Notes under the pieces: model-generated
Database searches by the model: none
The model's input: only the letters and a program-made list of their open reading frames with translations
What the model was told of the DNA's origin: nothing
Position numbers and translations under genes: made by a program
Part shown: positions 10,510 through 19,858 of the stretch, one piece after another
How positions within the stretch are numbered: the stretch's first letter is position 1
Layout of the letters: each line of letters opens with the position of its first letter
NCBI GenBank assembly: GCA_963727805.1
Contig: CAVSHF010000003.1
Location: forward strand, 1,088,001 to 1,152,000
DNA: 64,000 bases
Reading direction: 5' to 3'
Origin: an uncultured Nitrospiraceae bacterium
Lineage (GTDB): Bacteria > Nitrospirota > Thermodesulfovibrionia > Thermodesulfovibrionales > Dissulfurispiraceae

Positions 10510-11937
10510 TGATGGTTTTCAGTCAACTATACAGCAGCCACCTCCTTTTTAAACGGCATTCTGTGTGTAAGCATAGAAAAGATCACTCTTATTAGCTTGT
10601 GAGAGGTCGCCATTAATGCTTTCATCGGAGGCAATCCCTCAGCCTTCCTTCTGAGATAATATTGTCTGAATATATTGTCAGACCTCACTGCACAAAGTGT
10701 CATTATATGGACGACGCGCCTCAGATGACGATTTCCTCGTTTTGATATTTTACTTGGCCCCACATGATTCCCTGACTGGTGTGTAGATGGATCAAGCCCC
10801 ATGAAAGCAATCAAACTCTTATATGATTTGAAGTTGGACAACTCTCCGATCTCCGCCAAAAAGCTGCATCCAGTTATGTTTTTTACTCCATCGAGAGTTT
10901 TAATGATCTCAAGATCTTCGATCCGCATTGCCTGACACGCTTCTACCAATGCCTCGGTAATCTTCTCGCACTTTTCCTGAAGATACAGGATCGTGGTTGC
11001 CTTCTCAGAGACAATAAGCTCCTTTGCTCTACCGGCTGAGCCCACCGAGCGCTTTGCCGCAGCAATAAGATCGTCGGCACTAATCTGCACTCTCTTGCGC
11101 TTCTCCCCGGGACAGATGAGAGCTTTGTCGATATCTCTCCTCTTTGCCTCGCGAACTAATCTGGCGGAGGGGTACTGTCTCAGAAAGTTCAGCATCGTCT
11201 CCGTGTAAATATTCTTGCGTAGTGTCTCAAACTCAGGGAAAGTGTTCTGCAGTAACCGTTTGAGGTCATTCTTCATTGATGCGATCATCCATGACTGAGA
11301 CTCCCGCTCCCTGGCCAGATCCCTCAAGTCCTGTGCATCCTGGGACGCAGTTACCGCGCAAAGCTTCTTTTCATTGCTCAGAAGAAACTGCGCTATGGTC
11401 ATAGCATCCTTCTTATCTGTCTTGGTCTTCCTCAATGATCCCTGAACAAATCTGGATATCAGAAGCGGATTGACTACCGCACAACGAAATCCCTCCGCGC
11501 ATAGAAAGGAAAAGAGGTTGATATGATAACAGCCGGTGGACTCCATTGCTACAGCAATATCATCCATGTTCTCAGTGCAGCCCTTAAGCGCAGCCCGAAG
11601 CTCTGTAAACCCTGCTGAGTCCATTGAGAACCTTAAGTAAAAAAGCTTCTTTTCGTTACTATCAATGCCCTGGGCAGTCGAGTACTCTTTTGCCGCATCG
11701 ATGCCTACAAATACCTTGCTCATCTCCAAGCACCTCCCGCATAGGATATTAGGCAGGAATGCCTCCCAACCATATCTCCATCTTTACAAGAGCTCATCGC
11801 CCGATCAACTTATCATGGTTTTGGGAGACAGGGGACTGACTGAAAAAAGGATTCTATGACCCTGTAGAAAGCACGTCCTCCTGCCTCTTTATGAACGGTT
11901 AACAACCGTCCATATTCTGGTTATACCATATTTGATG
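10510..11937 (-). mobile_element. IS110-family element (5' non-coding region type)
   Basis: TGATG at both ends (10510-10514, 11933-11937); transposase plus ~200 bp structured upstream NCR. Confidence 0.7.
10527..11729 (-). CDS. IS110 family transposase/recombinase
   Basis: DEDD (GIDAAK, MESTG, KTDKKDA), HQSG serine, SKRGNRHLR. Confidence 0.95.
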   Translation of the reverse strand: MEMSKVFVGIDAAKEYSTAQGIDSNEKKLFYLRFSMDSAGFTELRAALKGCTENMDDIAVAMESTGCYHINLFSFLCAEGFRCAVVNPLLISRFVQGSLRKTKTDKKDAMTIAQFLLSNEKKLCAVTASQDAQDLRDLARERESQSWMIASMKNDLKRLLQNTFPEFETLRKNIYTETMLNFLRQYPSARLVREAKRRDIDKALICPGEKRKRVQISADDLIAAAKRSVGSAGRAKELIVSEKATTILYLQEKCEKITEALVEACQAMRIEDLEIIKTLDGVKNITGCSFLAEIGELSNFKSYKSLIAFMGLDPSTHQSGNHVGPSKISKRGNRHLRRVVHIMTLCAVRSDNIFRQYYLRRKAEGLPPMKALMATSHKLIRVIFSMLTHRMPFKKEVAAV

Positions 11938-12413
11938 TGTAGGAGTAGAAACCTCGCCGTGGTGCGATTCTCGATGACACCTGAAAAGGTTCAGTTTGGC
12001 TGCGTTGTCGAGACTATCGATTCCCAAAAGGTAACTATCAGCATTTTAGCCAGTTTCTCACATTGCTTCCCTTAACCCTCGCATGCCTTTTATAAAACTT
12101 AGTGGCCTTTTTATAATGCCGCGATGCTAAAAAAAGCGACAGCTAAAAGCTGTTCGCGGGAAAGCTAGTTAGGCAATCCCAAGTATTGAATTAGCTCACA
12201 GAGCCCATTTCTTTTAGAAGCCGAACAAATTAGTAATTACCACTGTCCAGCGATAGGAATATCCGTAAGAATTCCATACGCAAAGCAGGCATCTTTGGTT
12301 AAGTCACCCGGCGCGCCACACCCATCTCACGTGTTTCTTGGCAATGTGAACGCCATCTTCTTCTATGTGGTCCTTGCATTGTAAGTTGATGCATTGGCGC
12401 TTTATACTAAGAC

Positions 12414-12848
12414 ATGGAACCTCATATAACAGATATTACACATGTCATTCAACTTGCAGTAGCGCCGGTCTTCCTTCTTACCGCTATTGCGACGCTTATT
12501 ACGGCCCTGAACAATCGGCTGGGTCGCATTGTCGATCGTAGACGCGTCCTGCAGGACCACTTGCGGAATCTTTCCGGCGCAGAGGCTGAGGGAATAGAGA
12601 CAGAGCTTCAGCGGCAAAGGCACCGAGGCAAGTTAATCTACTTCTCAATCTTCTCCGCTGTCTTGGGTGGATTATTGATATGCCTAGTAGTGGCGGGCGC
12701 ATTCCTTGGTGCGTTGTCGAGGGTCGACTTGTCGAAGGAGATAGCTGTTCTCTTCGTTCTTGCAATGTTTGCTCTGATCGTGTGCCTCGGGATATTTTTG
12801 CGAGAGGTTTATTTAGCAGTTTCGGGCGGAAGCAGCATCTATCGATAG
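12414..12848 (+). CDS. DUF2721-like membrane protein
   Basis: IQLAVAPVFLL...RLGRIVDR, three TM segments, FLREV. Confidence 0.8.
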   Translation: MEPHITDITHVIQLAVAPVFLLTAIATLITALNNRLGRIVDRRRVLQDHLRNLSGAEAEGIETELQRQRHRGKLIYFSIFSAVLGGLLICLVVAGAFLGALSRVDLSKEIAVLFVLAMFALIVCLGIFLREVYLAVSGGSSIYR

Positions 12849-13253
12849 AGTGAATGTTAATTTCTGAGTATTTTCTGAAAACGATGTCCGCTGATTGTTA
12901 TAGCAGAAAATCTGTAGCAGATTCCGCTTCCCGAAATTCCAGATTATTAGCGGAAACAAACAGCCGGAGAGAGTCGTCCGCCCCGTTTAGTCCTTGGTGA
13001 ACACTGTATTTCTCAGCGAGTCAGATCAAGGCGTGTCATAAGGAGGCAATCGACGTTGCGTCAATGATAGTTTTTTTTGGTAATCACGATATGCCTAGTA
13101 CTGGTAAAATCGATGACTTTCAGGTCACATCGAGAACCGACCACCGCGCTGTACTACTTATATATCCCTTTTTTTTGGGGGCTCGGTTGGAAAGTCTTCG
13201 ATGCCAAAGCCTGATATACTGAAGATATTCAAATGAATTAGATAACCGGGAGA

Positions 13254-13709
13254 ATGATAATGTTCGGCGAGATCCCCCTTAATTATGAACTGCAGCTTCT
13301 CATTCTCGTGATTGCCCTCGGCAAGGCTTATAACACCCTGGATGTTGCACACATTGAACGACTCCTTGACGACGATATCAAGTACGCAAGTCAGCAGGTT
13401 TTTTCTCCTCTTAAAGGCAAGGAGGCCGTGCTTGATTACCTGAGAAAAAAGTTCGATACGCTGAGAAACACCCCGGGATCAGAACTTTTTGCCGAGATAG
13501 GTTTTATGGGTAGCCAGGAGCGTGAATACATTAAGGCTGCTTTCGCGACAGAAGGTCAACCCTGCCTGATCCTATCGCAGGGCGGGAAGGAGAGAAAACT
13601 GGCGGTTGTGCTGGTCGAGGGACTAAAAGGTAAAATTAGCGATGTCCAACTATGCACGGTTGCACCGCATTGGTCCCAGGTGCAGGGCACCGGCGAATAT
13701 CCGGTGTAG
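13254..13709 (+). CDS. NTF2/SnoaL-like hypothetical protein
   Basis: AYNTLD..LLDDDIKYASQ..LKGKEAVLDY pattern. Confidence 0.5.
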   Translation: MIMFGEIPLNYELQLLILVIALGKAYNTLDVAHIERLLDDDIKYASQQVFSPLKGKEAVLDYLRKKFDTLRNTPGSELFAEIGFMGSQEREYIKAAFATEGQPCLILSQGGKERKLAVVLVEGLKGKISDVQLCTVAPHWSQVQGTGEYPV

Positions 13710-13834
13710 TCAGGTGTTATTCACAGGCTAAATTCCTCACAGACCCTGGTTTATTATTGTCAAGTACTTTACCTTCCCCTTCTATGGGAACTTATTGGAT
13801 ATCGCATTATATGTTCCTTATGCTTAATTGATGT

Positions 13835-13985
13835 AGCACCTTGCCCAACACTGGTGATTTGAGGGTCTCTACAGAGCCCTAACCTTGCTTCATTGAGACT
13901 AAGATGCAAGCGGGGAGTTATGCATGCTACGAATGAGGGTCGGCTCAGCCGCCTTTGGGTCTGTGATGATAATCTCCCCGCCCTA
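13835..13985 (-). ncRNA. bridge RNA/seekRNA (target- and donor-binding loops)
   Basis: two stem/internal-loop/hairpin modules whose loop sequences match the element's flanks and its own ends; boundaries approximate. Confidence 0.75.
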
Positions 13986-14001
13986 TGCGCCAAAGTATGA
14001 C

Positions 14002-15258
14002 TTATGCGGCCTCCTGTAACAATGTTATTGAGAAGTCTTTTCTGTACACGCTTTGATCACGCACGATGGCGAATATGATTCCAAGAAGTTTCCTTGCAAC
14101 GGCGATCAAAGCTTTGATCTTGGGCATTCCACGCTGGAGGTACTGTTGATATGGATGATGCATTATTCCTCCTCGGCGAACTGCATTGAGTGCGGCAAAG
14201 AACAAGAGTTTACGCAGAAGTGGGCGGCCTCGCTTGGATATGCGCCGTTTTCCCTGATGTTTACCCGAACTGATCTCATACAGGTCCAGGCCAGCGAGCT
14301 TCAGAATCTCTGAGAGGGTTCTAAACTTACGAAAATCACCAACCTCACCAATAAGACCGGCAGCTGTGACCTCCTTGATACCCTTGATCGACAGGATCGA
14401 ATCACTGTATGGGATCTGTTTCAGGTAATAGGCCATCTCTTTTTCCAGACTCTCGGTAAAGGACTCAGCTGCATCCATGATAACAAGAAGCTCTCGCATC
14501 TCACGGATAATGCTTGCCATGCCTTCAGTCACGCCCACAGATGTTTGGGCAGCCTCAAAGAGGGCCTTAGCACGGTCTTCCTTGAGTTTTCCACGGCTTA
14601 TCTTTCTGAGTGTGTTGGTCAAATTATCAAGACCATACTCGACAATATCCTTTGGTGCCGGACACTGCTTAAGTAGATATCGGGAGCTTAATATTTTCAT
14701 ATCCTTCATGACATGCAAGAATTCCGGGAAGACGATCGCAACCAGACTGTGGAGTTGATTCACTGAAGCCACAAAACGCTCATTGCTCCTCTCCCTGGCC
14801 TGTGTGAGCCTCCGAAGCTCTGCAGCCGGACCTTCCGGTATCACAACTGTCAGGGCGTGGCCGAGAGCCATGATATCGGCAATGACCTTCGGGTCTTTCT
14901 GATCGGTCTTATTCGGCGAATTGCCCTGCAAATCCTTCACCCTCTTAGTGTGCATAGGGTTAACCTGTACCATATGAACTCCTCTTGCGCGCATGAAATG
15001 CACCAAAGGCTCTGCGAACGAACCAGTAGATTCGTATCCAAACACAATGTTATCAAGATTATAGAGATTCTTGGCATGCAACACTTGGTTCCAGAACTCT
15101 TGAAAACCACCGCCGTTGTTCCAGAAAGCAAAAGGCTTCACATCGGTTCCGTCCGGACAGCGCCAGTACCCAAAATGTTTGTCTTTGCTCATATCAACAC
15201 TCACGATCAGGGTTTGTCCGTTGACTACTTTAATCTTTTTTGTTTTAATCTTATTCAT
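14002..15258 (-). CDS. IS110 family transposase/recombinase
   Basis: SVDMSK, YESTG, KTDQKD, ISSGK, ISKRGRPLLR. Confidence 0.95.
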   Translation of the reverse strand: MNKIKTKKIKVVNGQTLIVSVDMSKDKHFGYWRCPDGTDVKPFAFWNNGGGFQEFWNQVLHAKNLYNLDNIVFGYESTGSFAEPLVHFMRARGVHMVQVNPMHTKRVKDLQGNSPNKTDQKDPKVIADIMALGHALTVVIPEGPAAELRRLTQARERSNERFVASVNQLHSLVAIVFPEFLHVMKDMKILSSRYLLKQCPAPKDIVEYGLDNLTNTLRKISRGKLKEDRAKALFEAAQTSVGVTEGMASIIREMRELLVIMDAAESFTESLEKEMAYYLKQIPYSDSILSIKGIKEVTAAGLIGEVGDFRKFRTLSEILKLAGLDLYEISSGKHQGKRRISKRGRPLLRKLLFFAALNAVRRGGIMHHPYQQYLQRGMPKIKALIAVARKLLGIIFAIVRDQSVYRKDFSITLLQEAA

Positions 15259-15519
15259 GGCTATACTCCTTTCTTTGGTTCGGATTTAACCAACTCGCCA
15301 ATTGGCTCCAAATCAAGAAAGAGTATAGCCTTTTTAAATGGCCATCACTACCCTTCTTAAATATAGCAAGCTACGAACCCACGTCTTCAAATACATGACC
15401 AAGGTAATGCAGCGTCTTCATTAATGAAGGCTGTCTGCTCATAGCGCCCACAACCCGGCGTATCCGGGACTGCGGTTTAAAGAAACATGCAGCTAGCTGC
15501 GATTTTGTGGCAATCTACA

Positions 15520-15690
15520 GTACTGCGCCGGCAAAGACCGATAGCTTCAATGGTGCGGATCTGCCCGTCTCATAGCGTGGTCCTGGGTCACGTCTGCGAC
15601 ATTGGTGAGTCCGGCTATGCCAGACATCCCGTTTGAGAGATTGATCAGAGTGACGTACCCGTACCGGCGTAGCATTCTGGTGAGATAACG
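15520..15690 (+). ncRNA. putative bridge-RNA-containing 5' NCR of IS110
   Basis: GCGCCGG...CCGGCGT closing stem with internal CATAGC/GCTATG stem; TTGAGAGA in the NCR recurs at the element's right end (~17063). Confidence 0.45.
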
Positions 15691-15699
15691 GAGGGAACT

Positions 15700-17046
15700 G
15701 TGGGAAGAAGACATCGTGCTTTGACATTGAAGCATCCAAATGCTGCTGGTATCGATGTAGGTGCAGAAAGCCATTTTGTGGCAGTACCGCCAGATCGGGA
15801 CGATGAACCGGTACGGGAGTTCAGGAGTTTTACTGAAGATTTACACCGCATAGCGCAGTGGTTGTCTAACTGTGGAGTGGACATAGTGGCGATGGAGTCC
15901 ACGGGGGTCTACTGGATATCGTTGTATGAGTTCTTAGAGTCAAAAGGATTCACGGTATATCTGGTGAATGCGCGACATGTCAAAAATGTTTCTGGTCGCA
16001 AATCGGATGTATTGGATTGTCAATGGATACAGCAGTTGATGAGTTATGGGCTTTTGTCGGGTGCCTTTAGGCCTGCAGATGAGATATGCGCATTGAGAGC
16101 AGTGTCACGGCAAAGGGAGATGCTTCTTAAGTATCAATCTCAGCATGTACAGCACATGCAGAAGGCTCTTGCGCAGATGAATATTCAGATAGTCAATGTT
16201 ATTGCAGATATCGTAGGGGAGACTGGACAAAAGATAGTGAGAGCAATAATCGCTGGAGAGCGTGACCCCTATAAGCTTGCAAGCCTGAGGAACTACCGAG
16301 TAAAAGCGAGCGAGGAAGAGATAGCAAAATCATTGCAAGGCAACTGGCGTCAAGAGCATTTGTTTGCACTTAAACAGGCCGTTGCATTATTTGATGCATA
16401 CTCGGAGCAGCTTCGTCAGTGTGATTGCCAGCTCCAGAAGATGCTTCAGGAACTGAAGCGGTATGATGGAGAGCCTACATCTATATATAGTAAAGCGAGA
16501 TCTCGCAAAAAGAACGAGCCTCAGTTTGATTTGAGGTCATATCTGGTAGGGATGTGCGGAGTGGATTTGACCCGCATTGATGGAATAGAGGTAACGACTG
16601 CGTTGAAAATAATGTCGGAGGTGGGTCCGGATCTGTCGCGGTTTCCATCCGTAAAGCACTTCACTTCATGGCTGGGTATATGTCCTGGCACTAAGATATC
16701 TGGTGGAAAGAAATTATCCGGGAAATCCAGAGCTGGCGCTAACCGTGCAGCTCAGGCGTTAAGATTAGCCGCTCATGCATTACGTGCGAGCAAGTCGGCA
16801 TTGGGAGCCTACTATCGTCGTCTATGCTCCAGATTAGACAAAGCCAAAGCAATTACAGCTGCTGCACATAAATTGGCCCGACTAGTTTATACAATGCTTA
16901 CAAGGGGAACAGAATATGTGGACAAGGGGCAGGAATACTACGAAGAACGTTATCGACAGCGTGTTGTCCATAACTTGAACAAAAAGGCTGCGGCTATGGG
17001 TTTCGTTCTTATGCCGGCTCCGGAGAAGGCCTGTGGAATGCCATGA
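15700..17046 (+). CDS. IS110 family transposase/recombinase
   Basis: GIDVG, MESTGVYW, RKSDVLDC, KISGG, AHKLARLVY. Confidence 0.95.
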   Translation: MGRRHRALTLKHPNAAGIDVGAESHFVAVPPDRDDEPVREFRSFTEDLHRIAQWLSNCGVDIVAMESTGVYWISLYEFLESKGFTVYLVNARHVKNVSGRKSDVLDCQWIQQLMSYGLLSGAFRPADEICALRAVSRQREMLLKYQSQHVQHMQKALAQMNIQIVNVIADIVGETGQKIVRAIIAGERDPYKLASLRNYRVKASEEEIAKSLQGNWRQEHLFALKQAVALFDAYSEQLRQCDCQLQKMLQELKRYDGEPTSIYSKARSRKKNEPQFDLRSYLVGMCGVDLTRIDGIEVTTALKIMSEVGPDLSRFPSVKHFTSWLGICPGTKISGGKKLSGKSRAGANRAAQALRLAAHALRASKSALGAYYRRLCSRLDKAKAITAAAHKLARLVYTMLTRGTEYVDKGQEYYEERYRQRVVHNLNKKAAAMGFVLMPAPEKACGMP

Positions 17047-17463
17047 GATTTAAAGCTGTTTCTTGAGAGAAGATTGGGTTTGAGGATGGCACCTGTTATA
17101 ACGACATTACAGCATACTACGCGGGGGTAGACACGGGATTAGAAAAGTCTTGCTTTTTTAACATAGAAGTAATTATTTGGGATGGGAATCCTGTGTGCTC
17201 TGAAGGTAATAAGCGGAAATCATCGCGGCTGTTTCGGCACCACAGTGGAGTGGCTAACTAGCGCTACCATTTTTATCGATGGCATTGTACTACTCAAAGC
17301 AGAAGACATCCGCACTCAATAAGGGTATTTGTTCAGCATATCTCTGACTTAACTTAATAGATCTCTAGTTAGTATCGGTTTGAAGGCGAAATCCATATTT
17401 CCCCCGACAAAGCTTTCCTGATTTATTTTGTCGGCAGTGTAGCTCTACAGAGATGAGGATAAA

Positions 17464-17604
17464 ATGCCGGATATGAGCTATAATGGAAGCAATTGCATGT
17501 ATTGTCATACTCCGAATACGTGGACAGTGGAAGAAAGTGCCCTAAGTCTCTGCAGTCAGTGTCATGAGTACCGGGGCCCTCGGACTTTCGTTCATATATT
17601 CTGA
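17464..17604 (+). CDS. 46-aa ORF with two CxxCH heme motifs (mini cytochrome or remnant)
   Basis: MPDMSYNGSNCMYCHTPNTWTVEESALSLCSQCHEYRGPRTFVHIF; GAGG 5 nt upstream; below ORF-track cutoff. Confidence 0.55.
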   Translation: MPDMSYNGSNCMYCHTPNTWTVEESALSLCSQCHEYRGPRTFVHIF

Positions 17605-17611
17605 TGAATCT

Positions 17612-18625
17612 ATGAACCTCCCTCAGGACATAGCTTTTCTCATTTCCTCTTATTGGGGAATGTATGTTGTCCAAACCGTTATTCATTCCGCCATAGCCTC
17701 GATGCTCGTTGAGTGTGCGTTTCTCGCATGGACTATTCGGACGCCGCATGTGAAACAGTGGTTTCGTTTCATAGTTATTTTTTTGCCAATTGTCTCGTTT
17801 CCTCTTTACCAGCTTATGTTCCCTCGCAGAGGTGATGTATATTTCAGGATGGAAAGTTTGCTCGACAGTAATAGATGGTTTTTCATCGGGCAGTGGGGCA
17901 GCATCTCAGTGCTTGCTGTGTTCGCTTTTATGCTGGCGATTACCTCTGTTATATTCATCATTCAGGAGCTCGTGCCTATCTTCTCCCACATTCTGGAGCA
18001 AAGACATGCAGCCAACCAATCGGAGCCTGATGAGGTAGAGACAACCATGTCGCGGAAAGTGACGGAAGCACTTAAGGGGCTACCACTTGATGAGAGGTTC
18101 GTCCAGGTCATCGATGATGAAGACCTCGCGCTCTTCTCGTCTACCGGTCTGAAGCCGATGATTCATATCTCGACTGGGTTGATCGAAGCCTTTACCACTG
18201 AACATCTGCATGTGGCCTTAGCCCATGAAATCGCCCATATTCAGAGAAGCAAAAAACCCGTCCTTATTTTTGCCTATATCCTCAGGGTAATTGTTTTCTT
18301 CAACCCCATTGCTATGATTGAGTTCAGAAGGCTCGCTCACGAGGAGGAAAAAGTATGCGACGACATCGCAATTGCACTGACTGGCCAGCCCGAGAAACTC
18401 TCCGAAGCGATTGAAATGCTGCGGCCGACGCCCGAGGATTATGACGTCGACACGAGTCGGGGGGCAGAGCGTCTTGTGTCGACGCTTGAGCATTACAGTC
18501 ACGACGTCCTGCTGAAAAGTAGGGCATTAAGGATAAGAAATAGCAGCCAAGAAGTTCCCCTCTGGGGGGTTCCGTTTATAGTGACAGTAGCTCTTATTGT
18601 GAGCATCAACTATTTTATTGTATAA
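17612..18625 (+). CDS. M56/BlaR1-like membrane metallopeptidase
   Basis: HEIAH zinc motif, FFNP, EEKVCDDIA; TM helices; no beta-lactam sensor domain; start moved to ATG 17612. Confidence 0.85.
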   Translation: MNLPQDIAFLISSYWGMYVVQTVIHSAIASMLVECAFLAWTIRTPHVKQWFRFIVIFLPIVSFPLYQLMFPRRGDVYFRMESLLDSNRWFFIGQWGSISVLAVFAFMLAITSVIFIIQELVPIFSHILEQRHAANQSEPDEVETTMSRKVTEALKGLPLDERFVQVIDDEDLALFSSTGLKPMIHISTGLIEAFTTEHLHVALAHEIAHIQRSKKPVLIFAYILRVIVFFNPIAMIEFRRLAHEEEKVCDDIAIALTGQPEKLSEAIEMLRPTPEDYDVDTSRGAERLVSTLEHYSHDVLLKSRALRIRNSSQEVPLWGVPFIVTVALIVSINYFIV

Positions 18626-18626
18626 A

Positions 18627-19178
18627 ATGGAAAATCAGGAAAACAAAATAGTAAAAATAATGCGAGGTCTGCTTTGGATGATCCTCGCTACCGCGGGAGT
18701 AGTAGGGCTTCTGGTTACAGCAAACCGACTGCCTTTTTTTATGCAGGAGGATTTCCCGAGACAGTTCGCTAGCCTTGATGAGGCGAAACACGTTATCGGG
18801 CTCGATAACGCCCTCATCCCTGCTTATTTCCCGGAAAGAATCTCCTGGCCCCCATCTTTTATCTTTGGGCAGAAGAGACCTGACAAGGTTCTTGTGATGG
18901 AATTTAAGGATACACTATCAGGAACCCCCACGTTGATTATAATCCAATCTTCAACGACGCGTAGCCTCACTCAGTACCAGAGGATAAGGCTCGCCGTAGT
19001 GAAACAGGAGACGGAATACGGGCTCAAAGGCAAGAAAGCTCTCCTTCAGATCGGTACATGCGATAATACATTGCCCTGCAGCCAGATCACCTGGCAGGAT
19101 GGGGGAGAGCGCTGCACAGTACTTCTCATGTCTTCCCCCTTTGAAGTCATAAAAATAGCCGAAAGCATGATCCACTGA
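18627..19178 (+). CDS. membrane-anchored hypothetical protein
   Basis: N-terminal TM helix, LIPAYFPERISWPP; starts 1 nt after the peptidase stop. Confidence 0.7.
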   Translation: MENQENKIVKIMRGLLWMILATAGVVGLLVTANRLPFFMQEDFPRQFASLDEAKHVIGLDNALIPAYFPERISWPPSFIFGQKRPDKVLVMEFKDTLSGTPTLIIIQSSTTRSLTQYQRIRLAVVKQETEYGLKGKKALLQIGTCDNTLPCSQITWQDGGERCTVLLMSSPFEVIKIAESMIH

Positions 19179-19236
19179 GTATCTGTCTGTCTTTTTATTC
19201 GGCTGCACCTCGCTACTTTCTCCTCTGCGACTAAGA

Positions 19237-19298
19237 ACTATTTCCTATCAATATGGGAAGTAGTGCCAATTATAATCCTTTATTGGAAATGGTACGCT
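19237..19298 (+). promoter_or_regulatory. putative operator and extended -10 of the cytochrome operon
   Basis: ACTATTTCCTAT-caat-ATGGGAAGTAGT imperfect inverted repeat (10/12); TGGTACGCT at 19290-19298. Confidence 0.4.
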
Positions 19299-19426
19299 TG
19301 AATTAAGAAAAGGGAACAGGTGGGTGGAACAATGCTTATGAACGGTTATTTGAAGAGGCTAAAGCCCTCAGGAATGGATCAGGGGCGAGTGAATATAAAC
19401 TGCATAAGATAATGAGGAGGTGTAAG

Positions 19427-19819
19427 ATGTTTCTCTACAAAGGTGGACATTCGGTTAAAAAGGGTACGTATTGGGAATCCGAGAAAAATGAGAAAATAGT
19501 ACTGAAAGAAAGTGGTTTTCTGCCCGGAGGCGATAAGGATCTATATTTCAGGCTTCCGGAAAGCTATTTCTTAATCCCTCTGTTTCTGTTAGGCCTGGCA
19601 CTGTCGATGGCTTTTCCCTACGGCGTAGGATTTGTGGCGTTTCTCGGTCTAATAGCTCTGACCGGCGCAATCTATGCCGCAGGGTTCGCAAGTATTAAAC
19701 TCTTTAAGGAAATGTTAGGTAAAACAGCGACTTTTGGGTATGTGCCTACCACTGCATATATGACCGGTAAAAAGACAAAGAAGATCAAGAAAGACGAATC
19801 ATCGGAAGAAGAAAAATAG
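19427..19819 (+). CDS. small membrane protein, paralog 1
   Basis: YKGG..VKKGTYW..LPG..YFRLPESY, hydrophobic segment, FGYVPTTAYMTG + Lys-rich tail; GAGGAGG RBS. Confidence 0.8.
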   Translation: MFLYKGGHSVKKGTYWESEKNEKIVLKESGFLPGGDKDLYFRLPESYFLIPLFLLGLALSMAFPYGVGFVAFLGLIALTGAIYAAGFASIKLFKEMLGKTATFGYVPTTAYMTGKKTKKIKKDESSEEEK

Positions 19820-19858
19820 AGTCTTTAAGGGATTCGGGCATAAGCGAGGAGGTATAAA

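Larger units (their letters stand above)
13746..15372 (-). mobile_element. IS110/IS1111-type element with 3' non-coding region
   Basis: CT core at 13746-13747 and 15371-15372; the joined ends form TTGACA-17-TATATT on the minus strand. Confidence 0.85.

Noticed and set aside
19412..19426. Shared MRRCK N-terminus of ORFs at 19412 and 20745
   Set aside because: It is the translated Shine-Dalgarno region (ATGAGGAGGTGTAA); true starts are 15 nt downstream.
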